Positions 37,901-53,520 of a stretch of 64,000 bases of DNA are shown here, one piece after another; positions within the stretch are counted from its first letter, which is position 1; each line of letters opens with the position of its first letter. The notes beneath the pieces were generated by a model that worked only from the letters and a program-made list of their open reading frames with translations, had not been told where the DNA came from and did no database searches. Origin of the DNA: Octopus sinensis (Eukaryota). Where the stretch lies: contig NC_043002.1 of NCBI RefSeq assembly GCF_006345805.1, forward strand, positions 106,082,001 through 106,146,000, written 5' to 3'. Position numbers and translations under genes: made by a program.

Positions 37901-40900
37901 AATCTTTGATAATGTTAATAAAACAAAACCACTCATGTGAAGGAATTACTTTAATTATGTTTATGCAATTCCTTGCATATTTGTGATGTCTCTTGTAGAT
38001 ATGTAAAAAAACAAATTGTCATTGCCACCATCTCTACTTTTGAACACTAGACTACAAGTAGAGGCACAGGCATGGTTTTGTGATCAAAGTAGTTTGCCTT
38101 GCAACCACATGGTTCTGGAATCAATCTAACTGCACAGTACCTTGGACAACCATCTTCATATTGACCAATTATGAGTAGAATTTAGTTGACAGGAACTGCT
38201 TCAAGGCCTGTCATATAGTAATGTGTAGAGATAGACAAATGGTTGTATGCATATATTTTTTGCCAACAAAGATGGCAACATTCACAAGAAAAAAACTAAA
38301 ACCCAATACTTTTTGAACAGTGTCCCCAGTGATATTTGTTCTGCAGCAAGTTGTTCAGTACTACTTGCCGTCATATTATACAGTGAACCTGTGATTGCCC
38401 CATTGGACACCTGTAACCAATGGCACTATTGTTCACAAATTGTGATATATTTATTAAAATAAGTAGTTAGTTTCATTCTTTTTGATTCTGGTGAGCTGTA
38501 TCATTTTAAAGTTTCAGTACCAGTTATACGGTGTGGGATCAAAACAATCACCTGTATCTTCCCTGCATCCTTTTTTATTTATTTTATTTTATTTTATTGA
38601 ACAACTTTGTACATCAGAAAGGAACCATCATTGATATAAAACATTTTAAAAGATTTCTAAGTTGAAATCTCACTAGGATCAATTTTGGTTTTCAGCCATC
38701 CAAAGCTGATATAAAAACTAGACCCCCACTTCATATATAATGGAGCAGACAGTATATATATATTCAGTTGTCTCCACTCCTCCCCTAACAAATTTATGAC
38801 CTTGTGTGAGTGTGGAAACCTATCATCACCATCTTTATGCTTGAGCAGAAGACATGACAATGATGGTAACCAATGAAATACTTAATAGTGATGGTAACCT
38901 CCCAAGTTATTGGTCAAGCCATGTTTTGTTTGTTACAAACAATATCATTCATATTTCAATCACAGTCATCTTTCATTTTTATTACCGACAGATTTTTATT
39001 CTAAGTTTTCTAACTTCAGCATGTAACCCACATTTTAGAAATGGTTGTGAGGAGCTAATAGTTGTTGATGCTTAGCCCCAGGTCATCCCAGATAAAACAG
39101 ACCTACAATCAAAGATCATGCCCATCCTGTTTCTTATACATCCAAGACTATAATGTTTAATATAACTTTTCTGTATTTAGGACAGTGGGTGTTTGACTTA
39201 GGAGGGTTATTTCCTGCTATTTCTGGCAGGGTGAGTGACTTTAGAAACTCCTTCAGCATCACACTTTTTTTCTGTTTTGTTGTCATTATTATTGTTATTG
39301 ATGGAAATTGTCTGCAACATCGAAGTTGAGTAACTTTGTTAAGTTCTTTATTTATTGCAGATGTACTTATTGTAAATAGAAAGGGACTAGATTAGAGCAT
39401 TGTGCAGGGTGGAAATGAGGTCCCTTATTTCAACATGGTTCAAATCGTATGAGGATAGATTTTAGTTTTATACCCTCAGAGGAGCAAGAAGTAGAAATGA
39501 AATGGCTAAATGGATGCAGTAGTGGATTGCTTACAGTTTGAGGGTTCAAATCTTTTGATGTAGAGTACTTTTTTTTGACAGTTTACTCAATGTTATTCCA
39601 TTTTAGGGAGCATTCACTTTGTGATTGATCTGAGGGGGAAGTGAAACAAGGAATGTTGTGGGTGGTAGAACAGGTCTCTCAGCCACATAGAGAGGCTCCA
39701 ACCCTCACTAGTCTCTGGTATTGTTTTCAGAGAAGCACTGAACTGAAACATGTGACCTCTGTGATGGAGTGGGTCTCAGAGAAGGAATGATGTTCTTACC
39801 CCTCCCCCCCACCGTCAAACATCATTTATTTTACATCTGTGGCAATTCAAGAATCCTTTTCTTGCAACATTAAAGATATTCTGAATTGTTTTGAGGATTT
39901 ATTTTACCAAAATCCAAAATAATATCTAAAATATAACGAAAACTGTTGTGAAAAAAAAAAACAAAAAAAAAAAAACCCCCAGTTTTTTTCCCAAGCCCCT
40001 GATAAAACTACTGTTGCTGTGGGAGGTGAAGAGTTGAAGGTGAACCTGTTTTAAAGATAGTATTTAGCTGATAGTTTATTTGCTATGCTTTTTTTATTGA
40101 CCAATGACTACTACTGTTATTACTACAAATACCATCGCAACTACACCACAAGTAGCAACTCTACTAAAAGTACCAATTATCATTGCCACTGTTTGTTTTT
40201 TTAATAATTTTGCTTTGCTATCTGACCAACAAAGTGTGTGTGCTATCAGTATTATGTGTGTGTGTGTGAATGTGCAGATTATATGGATATATAAAATGTA
40301 TATGTATGAATATGTACTGACATTCACACACAGACCAATATGCACAACTTCCTCACGACTGAATTTCATTTATATATCAGAATCTGAACCCCTAAATAAC
40401 AAACTCTGTGTGTATGTGTGTGCATGTAAAATGTTTAAATATTACAGCTTGTAAATGGAAGAGTAAGGTAGTACTCAATATATGCTGTGGGTGTATTCAA
40501 ATATTTAAGATGGTTGATTGAATTTCACACTCTGCAATTTTTGAGATGAAATAGTCAGCAATCTCAGTATATAATGAGTGTGCATATATGAATGTGTCTG
40601 CGTGTTGTATATAGCCTTGTGTGTTGTATATAATTTCCAATCAAAAATTTACGATTTTGTTTCCTTTAATTATATGAAATTTTTGAAAACTAACAAATGA
40701 AACTTAGATAAAACAAAATAATAAAAGACGCAGGTTGCATTAACATAAAGATGCCACATATTCATGGCAGATCAGTAAAAAAAAATGTTAACAAACTGAA
40801 GAGAATTTAAATACAAGACATTTTGAAATAAAAATAAAAGTAATTTTATCATGACAGTATTCCTGCCATTCCTGCTTCCATTGCTTCTAGAAGGCACTGG

Positions 40901-41498
40901 GTGATTGAATCCATTTGTTGTTGGCGGAAACAGACTTCACAATATTTAGTCTTATCTCTTTGCTTTCTGTTTATGAACCAACCCATAGGGGTTGATTTTG
41001 CCTTTTGGGGCTGATAAAATAAGTACCACTCAAGGAACCATGTCAACTACTCCTAGCCTCAATTTTTATGGCTTTCTGCTGATGTTAAGGCTTTAAAAAA
41101 ATATATATAAATGGTTGGGGCTGGGGATTGTGTATAGCAGAAGTAATTGAGCATTGAACAAAAGTTCCTGCAGCGTATGGATGTCCCTTTATGTTATGAG
41201 TTCAAATCTCAATGATTAATACATTATTTTTCTTGTTTTCCACTTGTGCAAAGTTTTTGGTTTTGAGTATGTTGTTGTTGTTATTGAGGCAGTAAACTGG
41301 CAGAATTGTTACTGCACCAGACAAAATGCTTAGTAGCATTTTTCTCAGCTTCACATTCTGAGTTCAAATTCCACTGAGGTTGATTTTGCTTTTCATCCTC
41401 TCGGGGCTGGTAGAATATATACCAATTGAGCACTGGAATCAATGTAATCACCTTACCCCCTCCCATCAAATTGTTGGCCTTGTGCTACAATATGAAGC

Positions 41499-41543
<45 letters not shown>

Positions 41544-44500
41544 GATGGCAGTGGCTTGGCAGAACTATTGGAGCATCGAATAAAATGCTTTGCAGTATTT
41601 GTTTCTGTTCTTTAGTTTGTGTTCAAATCCTATCAAGAACAACTTTGCCCCTCAACTTTTTGGGATCAATAAAATAAATTACCATTCAGGCACATGGATT
41701 GATGATATCAACTAACGCCCGCCCCTCAACATTGCTCAGTTTGTACCTAAATAATAAGCCATTATTATCATTATTATTATTATTATTATTATTATTGTGG
41801 TTGCCAAGCTAAAATGTATTCATTCATTGCGTCACACTTCATAGAGTTAAAAAAACCTGCCACTAGATTATTGGTCACATATTGGGGCTAGTCATTTCAT
41901 TCTATTATATATACATACATATATATATATATGTATATATATATATCCTCTTTACAGACCACTGCTATCAGATGATAGCTGTTTGTCTGCTGTACAATGG
42001 TTCACAACTAAACCTCTGTATTATCAAAATCCATCAGAAGTTGCTATATCTCTCTTTCCTTCAGCAGGACTCTTAATTCTACTCTCTTTGCAAAATAACC
42101 CATTACTGACTTCTGTGTTCTCAATTCATATTCTGCCAGGAATTAAATCCAATAATCTCTTCTAAGATCCAGTTTGCTTATCGTCCTCCTCAGAATCAAC
42201 TTCACTTATCGCTTGTGGGAATCAACTTGGTTCTCTTCAAGAGGACAACTTTAGCTGGCAATTCTTCATGGGAACAGCTTGAGATGTTCTTTCTGGGGTC
42301 AAATCTTCTTTCTATATTTACTAAGAGCATTTCAACTAATCTCTCTGCATAAACTGAAATGCATGTTAACCTTCTGCTCCTTCATAAATTGACCATATTT
42401 AAAATCATCATCATCACTGGTGAACTGAAAAAACCATTAGCGTAGATGATTGTTTTGTGGTATTTCCCCCAACTTAGTTCTGAGTTCAAGTCCCGCAGAG
42501 GTCGGCTTTGTTTTTCATCCTTTTGTGATGGATAACATAAAGAACTAGACAAGTACTAGAATCAATGTAATCGACTTGCCCCTCCCCTCAAAATGTTAGC
42601 CTCATGCCAAAATTAGAAACATTGTTGTTGTTATTATTGTTATTGATAATGGCTGTTTGTGTTAGAATGTGTGGAGTATTGGATCAAAATGCTTTGCAGC
42701 ATTTTTATCCACCTCTACATAACATTCTCTGATACCTTCCCAACGCATTCTCTTTTGGGATCAATACAATAAAGACCAGTCAAGTACTGGAGTTGATATC
42801 AGCTGGCTGTGCCTCTCTTCCTTAAATTTATGGTATTGTGTATACAGGAGGCATTGGATGGCGGCAGTACATATACTAAAATTAAAACTGGTAAAAGCAC
42901 GAGAGAGCATTTTGTTAAATCTGCTTTTAAGTTTAGATTCTGCCATGGTTGGTTTAGCATTTTTTGTCTTTCTGTCATTGATGAAATATAACCGGTCGTC
43001 TATCGGGATCAATCATATGAAAAGCCAGTACCTCTGTCCTCCAAAATGAATAGCCTTGTTTCAATGTTAGAAATCATTCTATTATATAGTCGTGCTAAAC
43101 CATTTTCAAAGATGTGTCTCTGTGTACATTTCAAACAGCTGGTTTGTTGGGTTTATTAAGTAATTTCTTACATGTCATTCAGCTGTTATAATGTATATAT
43201 GTATTTATATAACTGTATGTACAATACATATTTATACATTTCAGTTTAAACATTGATATAGGGCTCAAAAAGGGAAGATAAAGCAACTAATATGATGCAG
43301 GCACAGTTGTGTGGTTAAGAAGTTTGCTTCCCAACCAAACGGTTTGGGGTTCAGTCTCACTGCTCAACACCTTGAACAAATGTTTTTCAATTATAGTTCC
43401 AAGTTGACCAAGTCCTTGGGAGCATATTTGGAAACAGCTCATCATGTGTGTGTGTGGGGTGGATGTGTCTGTATTTACTCTCTACCAAAGTCCCAAAATA
43501 CAAGTGGTGTTTGTCATCACATCTCTTGTCAGCAAATCATTTGCTTACTGCACACTGTTGATGATGTGTAAAATGAGAAATCCCTCAACTCGAAAAATAT
43601 ACATGGGTTAGTTACAGGAAGGGCTATAGTCCAATGCCTCAGCAGCTTGTCTTTTTGTTTTTGTGCCCATACAATTTATATACACTGCATATATTCACTT
43701 TGATGATTCCCAGCTCAATAAAAATGTGTTTATGTTGTTTTTCTGTCCTATATTCAATGAATTGTGATTCATGTGTAACAATGTGTGTGTGCATGCACAT
43801 AAACTGGACAGCATCTGCATGGTTTTTGCGTACCATGTAGTTAGATCAGACCCAGAAACATGTGGCTGCTGATGCACACAAACACACACACGAGATGTAT
43901 TTTATCTGTGGATTTGTATTTTCCAACCACTGTCAGTAACTCTGTAAACTCTCTTGGGCACTTTCCATTTCTCTTCTGACCAAATCATGTGGAAAAAAAG
44001 GATTTGTATGTATGCATGTGTATGTATGTATATGTGTGCATGTAAATATGAGAGGCAGTTGATTTTTGCCTGTTCAGTATTTCTTCCAGTGTCAATAAGC
44101 ACCAGTGATATATTGGCTGGAGTTTATTCAATCGACAATAGGCTGTGCTTTTACAAAACCTTGGCCCTTAGACTAAACAAAAGTAAATCTATGTTTATGC
44201 ATATTAATGCACACACACATACACACTCTCACATGCCTGCATTTCTATATTTGTGTTTGTGTGTCTGTATATATATGTGTGTGTGTGTGTATGTATAAAT
44301 GTATATATGTAAGCAATATGTAATGAGCAATAATTAGCAATATTTTGTTAACTTGTGATTTTAACTTAATCTATATTTAATTATCTTTTGTTTTACATAT
44401 TTCATTTTTCTTTATTTTATGTTTGCTTGTTTATCTTATTTCCTTGGCTGCCTTATATATTTTGTATTATCTGGGCTTAGAATGAACTCCACAACTTCAT

Positions 44501-46001
44501 ACTTACACTTGCCTGCATTCCAAACAGATATGATCATTATTGTTATTATTATTATTAGTAGTAGTAGTAGTATAATAGTAGTACCAGTCAATTCAACCTA
44601 CTGTATCCCCTGTCATCTCAAAATTGTTGGCCTTGTGCCTAAATTAGGTTTATATCATCATCATCATCATTACACAAGGCTGAGGGAAAACAGAATGTTA
44701 CTGTATCAGACAAAATACCCAGCAGTATTTGGGTGGGGGTGTTTACTAAACCTAAAGCCTGCTGAGGGGGTCAGTTTTGCCTCTCATCCTTTTCTGAGCT
44801 CCATAAAATAAAGAACAAACTTGAGTACTAGGGTTGATATAATCTCTTGATATTTCAAGTCTGGAGCCTCTCAATCAGCTCTGTTGGTAGAGAAAAAAAC
44901 TCTTGAAGTTGTGGTTTCAAGTTCAACATTAAATGGGGGGAGGGTGATTTTTGTTGGTTTTTTTTCTGTTTGATATGTATGTTTTGCTCTCATGGGCAAT
45001 ATCTTTGTTGATCCACCAGATAAAAATGCTTTATGATATGTCTTTACATCTTTCAACATTCTGAGTTCAAGTCCCAATAATGTTGACTTTGCCTTTCTTC
45101 CTAGGTGGACGGTTATTAAAATCTCCACCAGTCATATACTGGTGCTGATATAATCAACTGAAACCCCACCCGTACAAAGGAAAATTTTGTGCCTATGTAA
45201 GAAATTATCATCATCATCATTAGATCATAATGGAGGATGTTGATACAAGTTAATATCTCAGTAACCGATGTCCTTGGTTTCAATCTTCAGTTGGAGTCAG
45301 TTCACAACCACTCCTAATGCTTCTTGTAAAGGCTTGAATACTACAACATCTCATCTTGTTTTTATAATCATTCAGTGTGTGTGTGTGTTGTGTTTCAGAT
45401 GATAAGTGTTGCTCTTAGTTACTCTAAGAAGTAAATCTAACCAGTAAAGGCCACAAATTTTGATGTTCAAATCCTGCCAGGGCCAACTTTGCCCTTTGTT
45501 CCTTTGGGAGTCAATAAAAGAAGTACCAGTAATACTCTGAGGAGTATTGATTCAATAAACTATTACTTGACGGTTTTCCATAGAAAGTACAGCAACCCTA
45601 GATTGTTAGTAAAGTTACATGTGCTGCAGTTACTTTGTTTTATTAATCAACTTGCATCTGCTGGTGTTAGTAACTATCGTCATCATCATTATTATTATTG
45701 AGACCAGTGGATTGTCAGAATTGTTCATTTTAGGAAAAGTGTACCTCATGGTATTTCTTCAACTTCTTTACATTCTGAGCCCAGTCTGGCAAAATTTCAG
45801 ACTTTTTGCTTATGTTATAAACAGTTGTCATAGTAGCAGCCATAGTAGTATAATGTGGCAAATTAGCAGAACATAGAATACTTTGAGTATTTGCTGTGGC
45901 TCTCTGCACTATGGGTTCAAATCTCACTATGATCAGATCGATAATAATGTATTAATGGAAAACTGGTGCTCTCTTTCTCCCCCCCTTTCTCTCTCTCTCT
46001 C

Positions 46002-46040
<39 letters not shown>

Positions 46041-47132
46041 TAAGGACACAGAACTGGCTGTGTCTTAGCTGAGAGTGGCACCACTCATAATTTCTTGTTT
46101 AGGCACCAAATGCCTGCCTTTTTCAAATTAAGTCTTTGATTAGGATTGGTAGAAGTATTTGTTGCCAATAGACCAAGCAACAAGCTTTAGACATTGTTGG
46201 CAGAATCATTAGGACATTGGACAAATGCCTTGCAGTAGTGAATTGGGGTCCATTATGTTTTGAGTTCAAAACCCACAGACTTTGCTTTTCCTCGTTTTGA
46301 GGATCAATACCAGGTGGATCTTTGGGTTGATAAAATAGACTAACCCCACCTCCCACACACACACATTTGTGGCCTTGTGCCTCTGTATGAAATTATTATT
46401 ACTACTACAACTGTGTTGTGTGGTGGCAGAAACAGGAATATAAGACTAAGTGACTTTTTGTATTTGGTTCCGTCCTGCTAAATTGTAAGCTTAAATCTCG
46501 TCAGTGCTGATGTGTACCAGTCACATCTTTGGGTTCAATTATATTGGCTATGTATTTCATTAACTTGTGGCATTGTGTGAAAAAAAAATATCATTGCTAT
46601 CATTATTAAGTTGGCTGGAAAAATTGTTAGAACATGAGGTCCCGTGTCTTGTGGTTCTGTTTTTTTAGTAGAGTGGTGGATAAATTGCCTTGCAATTTTT
46701 ATCATACTTCTTTAACATTCTGAGTTCAAATCCTACCAACATCATTTTCTACCTTCATTTATCTGTGGTCATTAATAAGTATAAGCCAAATACTAGGCTT
46801 GCTATAATCAATTGCCCTCCACCCCACAGATTTCTGTCCTTTTGCTTGTTAGAAATTGTTATTTGCTATGGAGTAAAAATAGGGGTCAGGCATCCTTGTT
46901 AGATGCTTTGCTGTATCTTGCCCAAGGGTCGTCAATGAATCTAACTTTGAATTCTACTTTGGTTCATTTTGTCATTAGATATGCAAGACACTTGATACAC
47001 ATGCATTTATACATACCTGCATTTATGTATATAGAAGTGAATATATTGGAGGGTCTGCCAAGTCCCTTTAGCCCAGATCAATGAAGATAGACACCACACA
47101 CATACAAATGTAAAAAAGAAAAAAAGGACAAA

Positions 47133-47440
47133 TTGGCACTCTGTCGGTTACAGTGACATGGGTTTTGGTTGATCCAGTCAGTGGAACATCCTGCTTGTGA
47201 AATTAATGTGCAAGTGGCTGAGTACTCCACAGACACGCACTCTCAGTGTAGTTCTCAGGAAGATTCAGTGTGACAAAGAGTGTGACAAGGTTGACTCTTT
47301 GAATTACAGGTACCACTCATTTTTGCCAGCTGAGTGAAATGGAGCAAAGGGAAATAAAGTGTCTTACTCAAGAACGCAATGCACCAGCAGGATTCAAACT
47401 CACGTTACGACCATAGGCCAAATCCTGTAACCACAAAGCC
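47133..47440 (-). mobile_element. tRNA-derived SINE family E
   Basis: Minus-strand head with gtggtta...gtttgaatcc boxes. Central attaatgtgcaagtggctgag...gattcagtgtgaca block shared with 60995-61095 and, reversed, with ~31870-31915. Confidence 0.65.
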
Positions 47441-47525
47441 TTCTGCTCTCATTACAGATGTATGCATTTACTCATTCACAACAACAATCAACATAGTTAA
47501 GTCTTCATTATTTTCTCAGAGCTAA

Positions 47526-47910
47526 GGTGGCGAGCTGGCAGAAACGTTAGCACACCAGGCGAAATGCTTAGCAGTATTTCGTCTGCTGTTACGTTCTGAG
47601 TTCAAATTCTGCTGAGGTCGACTTTGCCTTTCATCCTTTCGGGGTCGATTAAATAAGTACCAGTTATGCACTGGGGTCGATATAATCGACTTAATCCATG
47701 TGTCTGTCTTTGTTTAGCCCCTTGTGGGTAGTAAAGAAATAGGTATTTTACCCGTCTTTACGTTCTAAGTTCAAATTCCGCCAAGGTCGACTTTGCCTTT
47801 CATCCTTTTGGGGTTGATAAATTAAGTACCAGTTGCATACCGGGGTCGATCTAATCGACTGGCCTGCCCCTGCCCCCAATATTTCAGGCCTTGTGCCTAG
47901 TGTAGAAAAG
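47526..47910 (+). mobile_element. tRNA-derived SINE family A, young dimeric copy
   Basis: Full head ggtggcgagctggcagaaacgttagc, then two tandem bodies (~47575-47695 and ~47745-47910) with CpGs retained. Confidence 0.88.
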
Positions 47911-49809
47911 ATTATTTTCTCACATCTATGTTTTTCTGGTCATATACAAATTGTCAAGAGCCATTGTGGACTTTGACACATGTATCCAGTGAAAATGACC
48001 AACACATTTGTATGGGAAGAGGGATGTGGATATCTTGTCCTAACTTTTAGAATGTCTTCTAAAGTCAGCTTCTGTAATTAGCAGTTATGTAGACCCCCCC
48101 CCCTTTTTTTTTCTTTTTTTTTCTTTACTGGGATTAAGGTTTTGAAATGGAAATAATGGAAACCAATAATGAAGGTGTTGTTTATTTAAAACCCTTTAGG
48201 CAACCATATCCACTAATGCAGTTGAATAAAATTATCCATAAAGCTTGGTTACACACCACAACCTGCTGTAAGGACACTGAATAAGCCTGTAAAAATGGTG
48301 GTGTTTGGGGCAAGTCAGCATGGTCATGGCTGAAGTATCTTCTTTGATTGGTCCATTCACTCAGGGCCAATCTGTGGCTAAATAACAACAGTTGAAACTG
48401 TATGGTTTTATTGTTTTACTCCAATACAAAATGGGGAAATTGAAAGGGGAAAATAACCTTACTGGGTTTACATTATTGATTGGGTTCATATCTCACAGTA
48501 GCCAAATTTACATTCCAGTTAGGAAGAGGTGTGGGTTGTTTTTGTCAGCATTGTGCTCCAATTTATTTTTATTTATTATTATTATTGTTATTATTGAAAC
48601 CAAACAAAATCACACATCATCATCATTTTTATCATCATCATCATTTGATTACTGGATTCAGGTTTTCTTTGCCAGAAAGACACCAGTGTATGCAGGTATG
48701 TTTGTGTGTGTGTGATATGATATAGTGACCTTAATTCATGGTTGGGCATATGTGATGATGAGAAGCTGGACAACTGAGGTGCAATCAACAACCCAAATAT
48801 ACTTTAAAAACAAAGAGGGCCTAGTTTTCATTTGAATTAATGTCAAAACTGTTTGCATTAAACGGCACACAAGCTGAGGATCATAGGTTCAGGGTACATG
48901 TTGAGTGAATGTGACTGGATTCAGCAAAGTCACTAACAGAACTATGCAGGTCACATGGATGATAAACATTGAAAGAGACTGGTGGGAAGATGAGTGTTAG
49001 CTGTTAGTGTAATATATCAATGGGAAGAGATACATTGAAGACAGACTGGCACCAGTTTATTGGATCTCAAATGCTAATATTGGAAGGAAATCTTGTAGTA
49101 TAGAAATTTTAGAATAGACTTGGTGTGTGTGTATGGTTAAGACATTTTCTTCACAATCACATAGTTTTTAGGTTTGTTCCCTTTTGAGGGATGAATCTTC
49201 AATTCTACTCAAGCCTTGTGAGTGAAATTAAATTGATGGAAACTGTACAAAAGCCCAATTGATGGATTGTATATCTGTTTGTGGTTGATAGATTCAGTCC
49301 ACACTTCCAGATTAACACCATCTTGTCTTTAACTGTATTTAGGAAAGCCTGCTCTGTTGTATCCATCTTAAGGAATTAGACTTAATGTCTCCAAGTTAAA
49401 CACCACCACCAATACACTCATTAGGTGTATTTAGCAGAGTTTAATGTGTTGCAGGAATTCAGACCTAGTCTGAGAATACTAAGAGCTTCCCTTTTCTCAT
49501 CAGTCTCAGAGATCCTACAGGAACGCCATATGTGCTGCAATCCTCTTTCTGACTATGTAAAAATTTTTGGATAAAATATATAAATTAATGTTGCATTGCA
49601 CAGTTATTTGGTATCTCAGATCTGTACAACCAACCCACACTCCTTTGGATGAGATTTTCAATGGGTATTGAACAAATGATGATGATGATGATAGTTCCTT
49701 GTTAATTTTCATAAGAATGGTGATATATTTATCTGTGCTGTATTGAAAATTTCTTGAGCTCAAAGCCTTAATTTGTAAGCATGTGGGCAGAGCTAAGGAT
49801 GATGAAGGA

Positions 49810-49848
<39 letters not shown>

Positions 49849-50357
49849 TTTTCCATAAAAGCATAGAGCCTCAGGATTAACATGATGGGGTTCAACTGTC
49901 TTCTACATGCCCTTATAAGTAGCAATACTTATAGACTAACCAAATGTAGCAGATTGAGGGAATAGTTGGTGTGTCAGACAAAATAGCTTTTGGTATATTC
50001 TTGGAGCTCTTTGTTTCTGGGTTCAAATCCCATCAAAGTTGACTTTGCCTTTCACCCTCTCAGGGTCAATAAAACAAGTTACATTCAAGCACTGGCTTTA
50101 GTCTAATAAGCTTTCCTTTATATCTGAGCCTAATGAGACAAAGTTAATGTCCAACTGCATTATAACTTCTACACTTACTAGAAGGTTGTGGAAGTTGTCA
50201 GTTCAAACCCAGCATGCAGAATCTGGATGATGGTGTTAATAAGGTGAAGTACCAGTATTAATTTTACTGTAAACAATTAAACTACATTATTACATCCACA
50301 AACACAACAGTTCAAACTAAAATCTAGCAATAGACACACAGCTTTTGAGATAGGTGC

Positions 50358-50402
<45 letters not shown>

Positions 50403-50497
50403 TATTTTAAATTTTATTTATTTTAATATTTTTTATTTAATTTATTTTTATTTCTCTTTTTTTTTTTGGTCTGTTTAATTTCAATTTTTTTTTTCAG

Positions 50498-50517
50498 ATT
50501 TTCAATTCATAAGTTGA
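50498..50517 (+). CDS. Candidate alternative last exon coding part (DFQFIS-stop)
   Basis: About 140 nt of AG-free U-rich tract ending (t)10cAG at 50497. A phase-1 splice gives D-F-Q-F-I-S-TGA, followed by a long SINE-free block ending at a poly(A) signal. Confidence 0.5.
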
Positions 50518-50982
50518 GGACATTTGGTTGACTCTGATAACTTTTAAAGAAAAATATACACGCACTCATACAAATATATATATATATATACACACACAAT
50601 GTGTGTGTGTGTATGTATGTGTGTGTATATTTATAGAAGAATCTATGTATATACACTTACATGTACATAGAAATGTACATATTTCAATATGAGTATATAC
50701 ATACATACAAACACACACACATACATATACACAAATGCACTCACACACACATACAAACACACAATATTTGGTGGACTTCCCAAAATGTGAAGATGTTGAA
50801 TGCAGGATTAAATACTTTACAATTATTGTTATTATTATTATTATGATTATGATTATTATTATTATTATTATTATTATACCATTTCTTTACATTAACTACA
50901 TCCATATATTATATGTACATATATATGATATATGTATGTTCGTATATGTGTGTTTGTATATAAACATATCCATGCATATACA

Positions 50983-51013
<31 letters not shown>

Positions 51014-51484
51014 GCTGTTTCTATGACGATCATTTTAAATCACATTTAAAATTAAAATAAAACATTTTAACTGAAAAATTGAAACATGAGAATTGCCATT
51101 CTAATTTTTCCAATCAACCCTCCTCCCTTTCACACCACAACACCACTGTTCACCCGCACCTGAACCAACATTATTTAATTGCTGTTTTTATTATTATTAT
51201 TATTATTATTATATCTTCATCCCGCCTTTTTAATTAATCTTCCCCCACCCCCACTTCCACTCAAATGTATAAAGAAAAAAAAAAGGTGAGAATAAAGTAA
51301 TAAACCAAAGAAAACCAATTCATGGTGGGGTGTGAAGGGGCTGCAGATTTATAGAACAAAATTATCCACATATTTAAATGACAAAAAATATTTTAAAAAA
51401 TTGTATTGAAAAAAACTTAAAAATGATAAATAATTAAAACAAAATATTTGGACAATTTTCTTTTAATTTTGATTTATTATTGCT

Positions 51485-51519
<35 letters not shown>

Positions 51520-52577
51520 CAATATATCATGATGTTCATATTATTATACAATATATATTTAGATATATATATATATATACCATATATATCTATCATGATA
51601 TATATATATATATATATATCATGATATATATATATACACATATATATACCATATATATCTATCATGTTATATATATATATATAATATACACACGTGACTT
51701 TAAAAATTTTTATAACAAAAATTTTTTTCTGTTGTTGTTTTTTTGTTGTTTTTTCTTGTGTATGAGTGTGTATGCATGCAATATGTGTCTGCATGTGTGC
51801 GTGCATATGTGTGAAGCATGTGTGCGGTTTTAAAAATTATATAAATAAAAATAATTAAACCAAACAATGACGCAATCTTTTTTCAAAAGAAAGAAAAAAA
51901 AAAGACAAAAACATTTTTCCTTTTTTTTTTTTGGGTATTTAAAAATAAATGTGAAGAAAAGGAACAATAAACTGGACCCCTTCATTAAATGAAGGGTATA
52001 CAGAGCCAAATTAATTGTTTCTCAATCCCTGCCCCACCAAAAAAAAAAATAATAATTACTCCCACAAAATCTTGTTATTTTTTTTTTATACGCCCCCCCC
52101 ACATCCACACAACCACATTATTCTAAATGGTTGAAGTTAAGTGTTATATAATGTTTGACTGTAAGTGTGTGTATAAATTTGATCTTTTTTTGCTAAAACA
52201 CGGTGCCAACAATATCGGTAAAGCAATATGACTTTGATTTTTAAAATTTTAAAATAATTAAAAGATAAAAACACAAAAACACTATGTATATGTGTGTGTA
52301 TGTGTGTGTGCGTGCGCGTATGTGTGTGTGTGTGTATACACACACATGTACATATATATATATATCTAAAGTAAATCTATCACAAGTATGTATATGTGTA
52401 CATGTATATATGTACATAAGTTTGTGTTTGCATATACATATATAATTTATCACATGTGGATGTGTGGATGTGTGCATATATAACATCAAGTGTGAATAAG
52501 TGTTTACATATTCATATATAGTTTATAATTATGTGTGGCATATTAAAATTATACATGTGCATACTTACACATGCATG

Positions 52578-52619
<42 letters not shown>

Positions 52620-53318
52620 CTTCAGTGTACAACGTGGGTAGAATACCCAAAACATGTAAACATTATTTATCAGTTTGAAGGTGACAGTTCATGGCACCAA
52701 TACTCCAGTTTCACATTTGTGTATCTTTGTTGTACATAAGTGAGGAACTCAGGTGGCAATGGAATGGTTTATCAGCTGTGACTTCACATTATATATATAT
52801 ATAATATATATATATATATTTCATACAAGCATTCAAGCATGATATATACATACATTAATTCATATTGAAGTTTTAACATCTTACACAGTTTAAATATACA
52901 TACTCATGTTAGCAAAATGTATGTATGTGTATACACACTGAAGTATGCATATTTATCTGCTTGTGTGTGTGTGTGAGTATATGCACATATTTTACATGGG
53001 TCTTTTACACTCAGTTATACATTGTTTACTATATAATTGTGTGTAATGTTTTCTCTCCAAGTGAGCCTTAATTGTTATACTATATAATAATCATTTGGTA
53101 AGATACTCTAATAAAAAAAAATAACCTACACATGCTCACATACAGATATAAGCATACACACACTTTTACATGCTGTCATACACATTCACATATACACTAT
53201 TACACACATTCACTCATACCACTACCACCTCCTCTTCACTCTCATAAAAACTGATTATACTCCTCTGGATACAAGTAGCATCACTAGGCAACAAAGTGAC
53301 ATCATATTAGTACATACT

Positions 53319-53373
<55 letters not shown>

Positions 53374-53487
53374 ATTATATTTGAATTTATGAACAGGAGA
53401 AAACGCAGTCAATGCTTATGGTAGTTTATGCATTTATTTGAAGCTCAGATTTCTCTCAGCTTTGAAAATATATCTGCTCTCTCTCTT

Positions 53488-53520
<33 letters not shown>

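Noticed and set aside
44400-44500. Pyrimidine tract and TAG acceptor at 44480 (would give E-stop)
   Set aside because: Followed within ~100 nt by SINE debris, with no UTR-like block or donor; indistinguishable from background.
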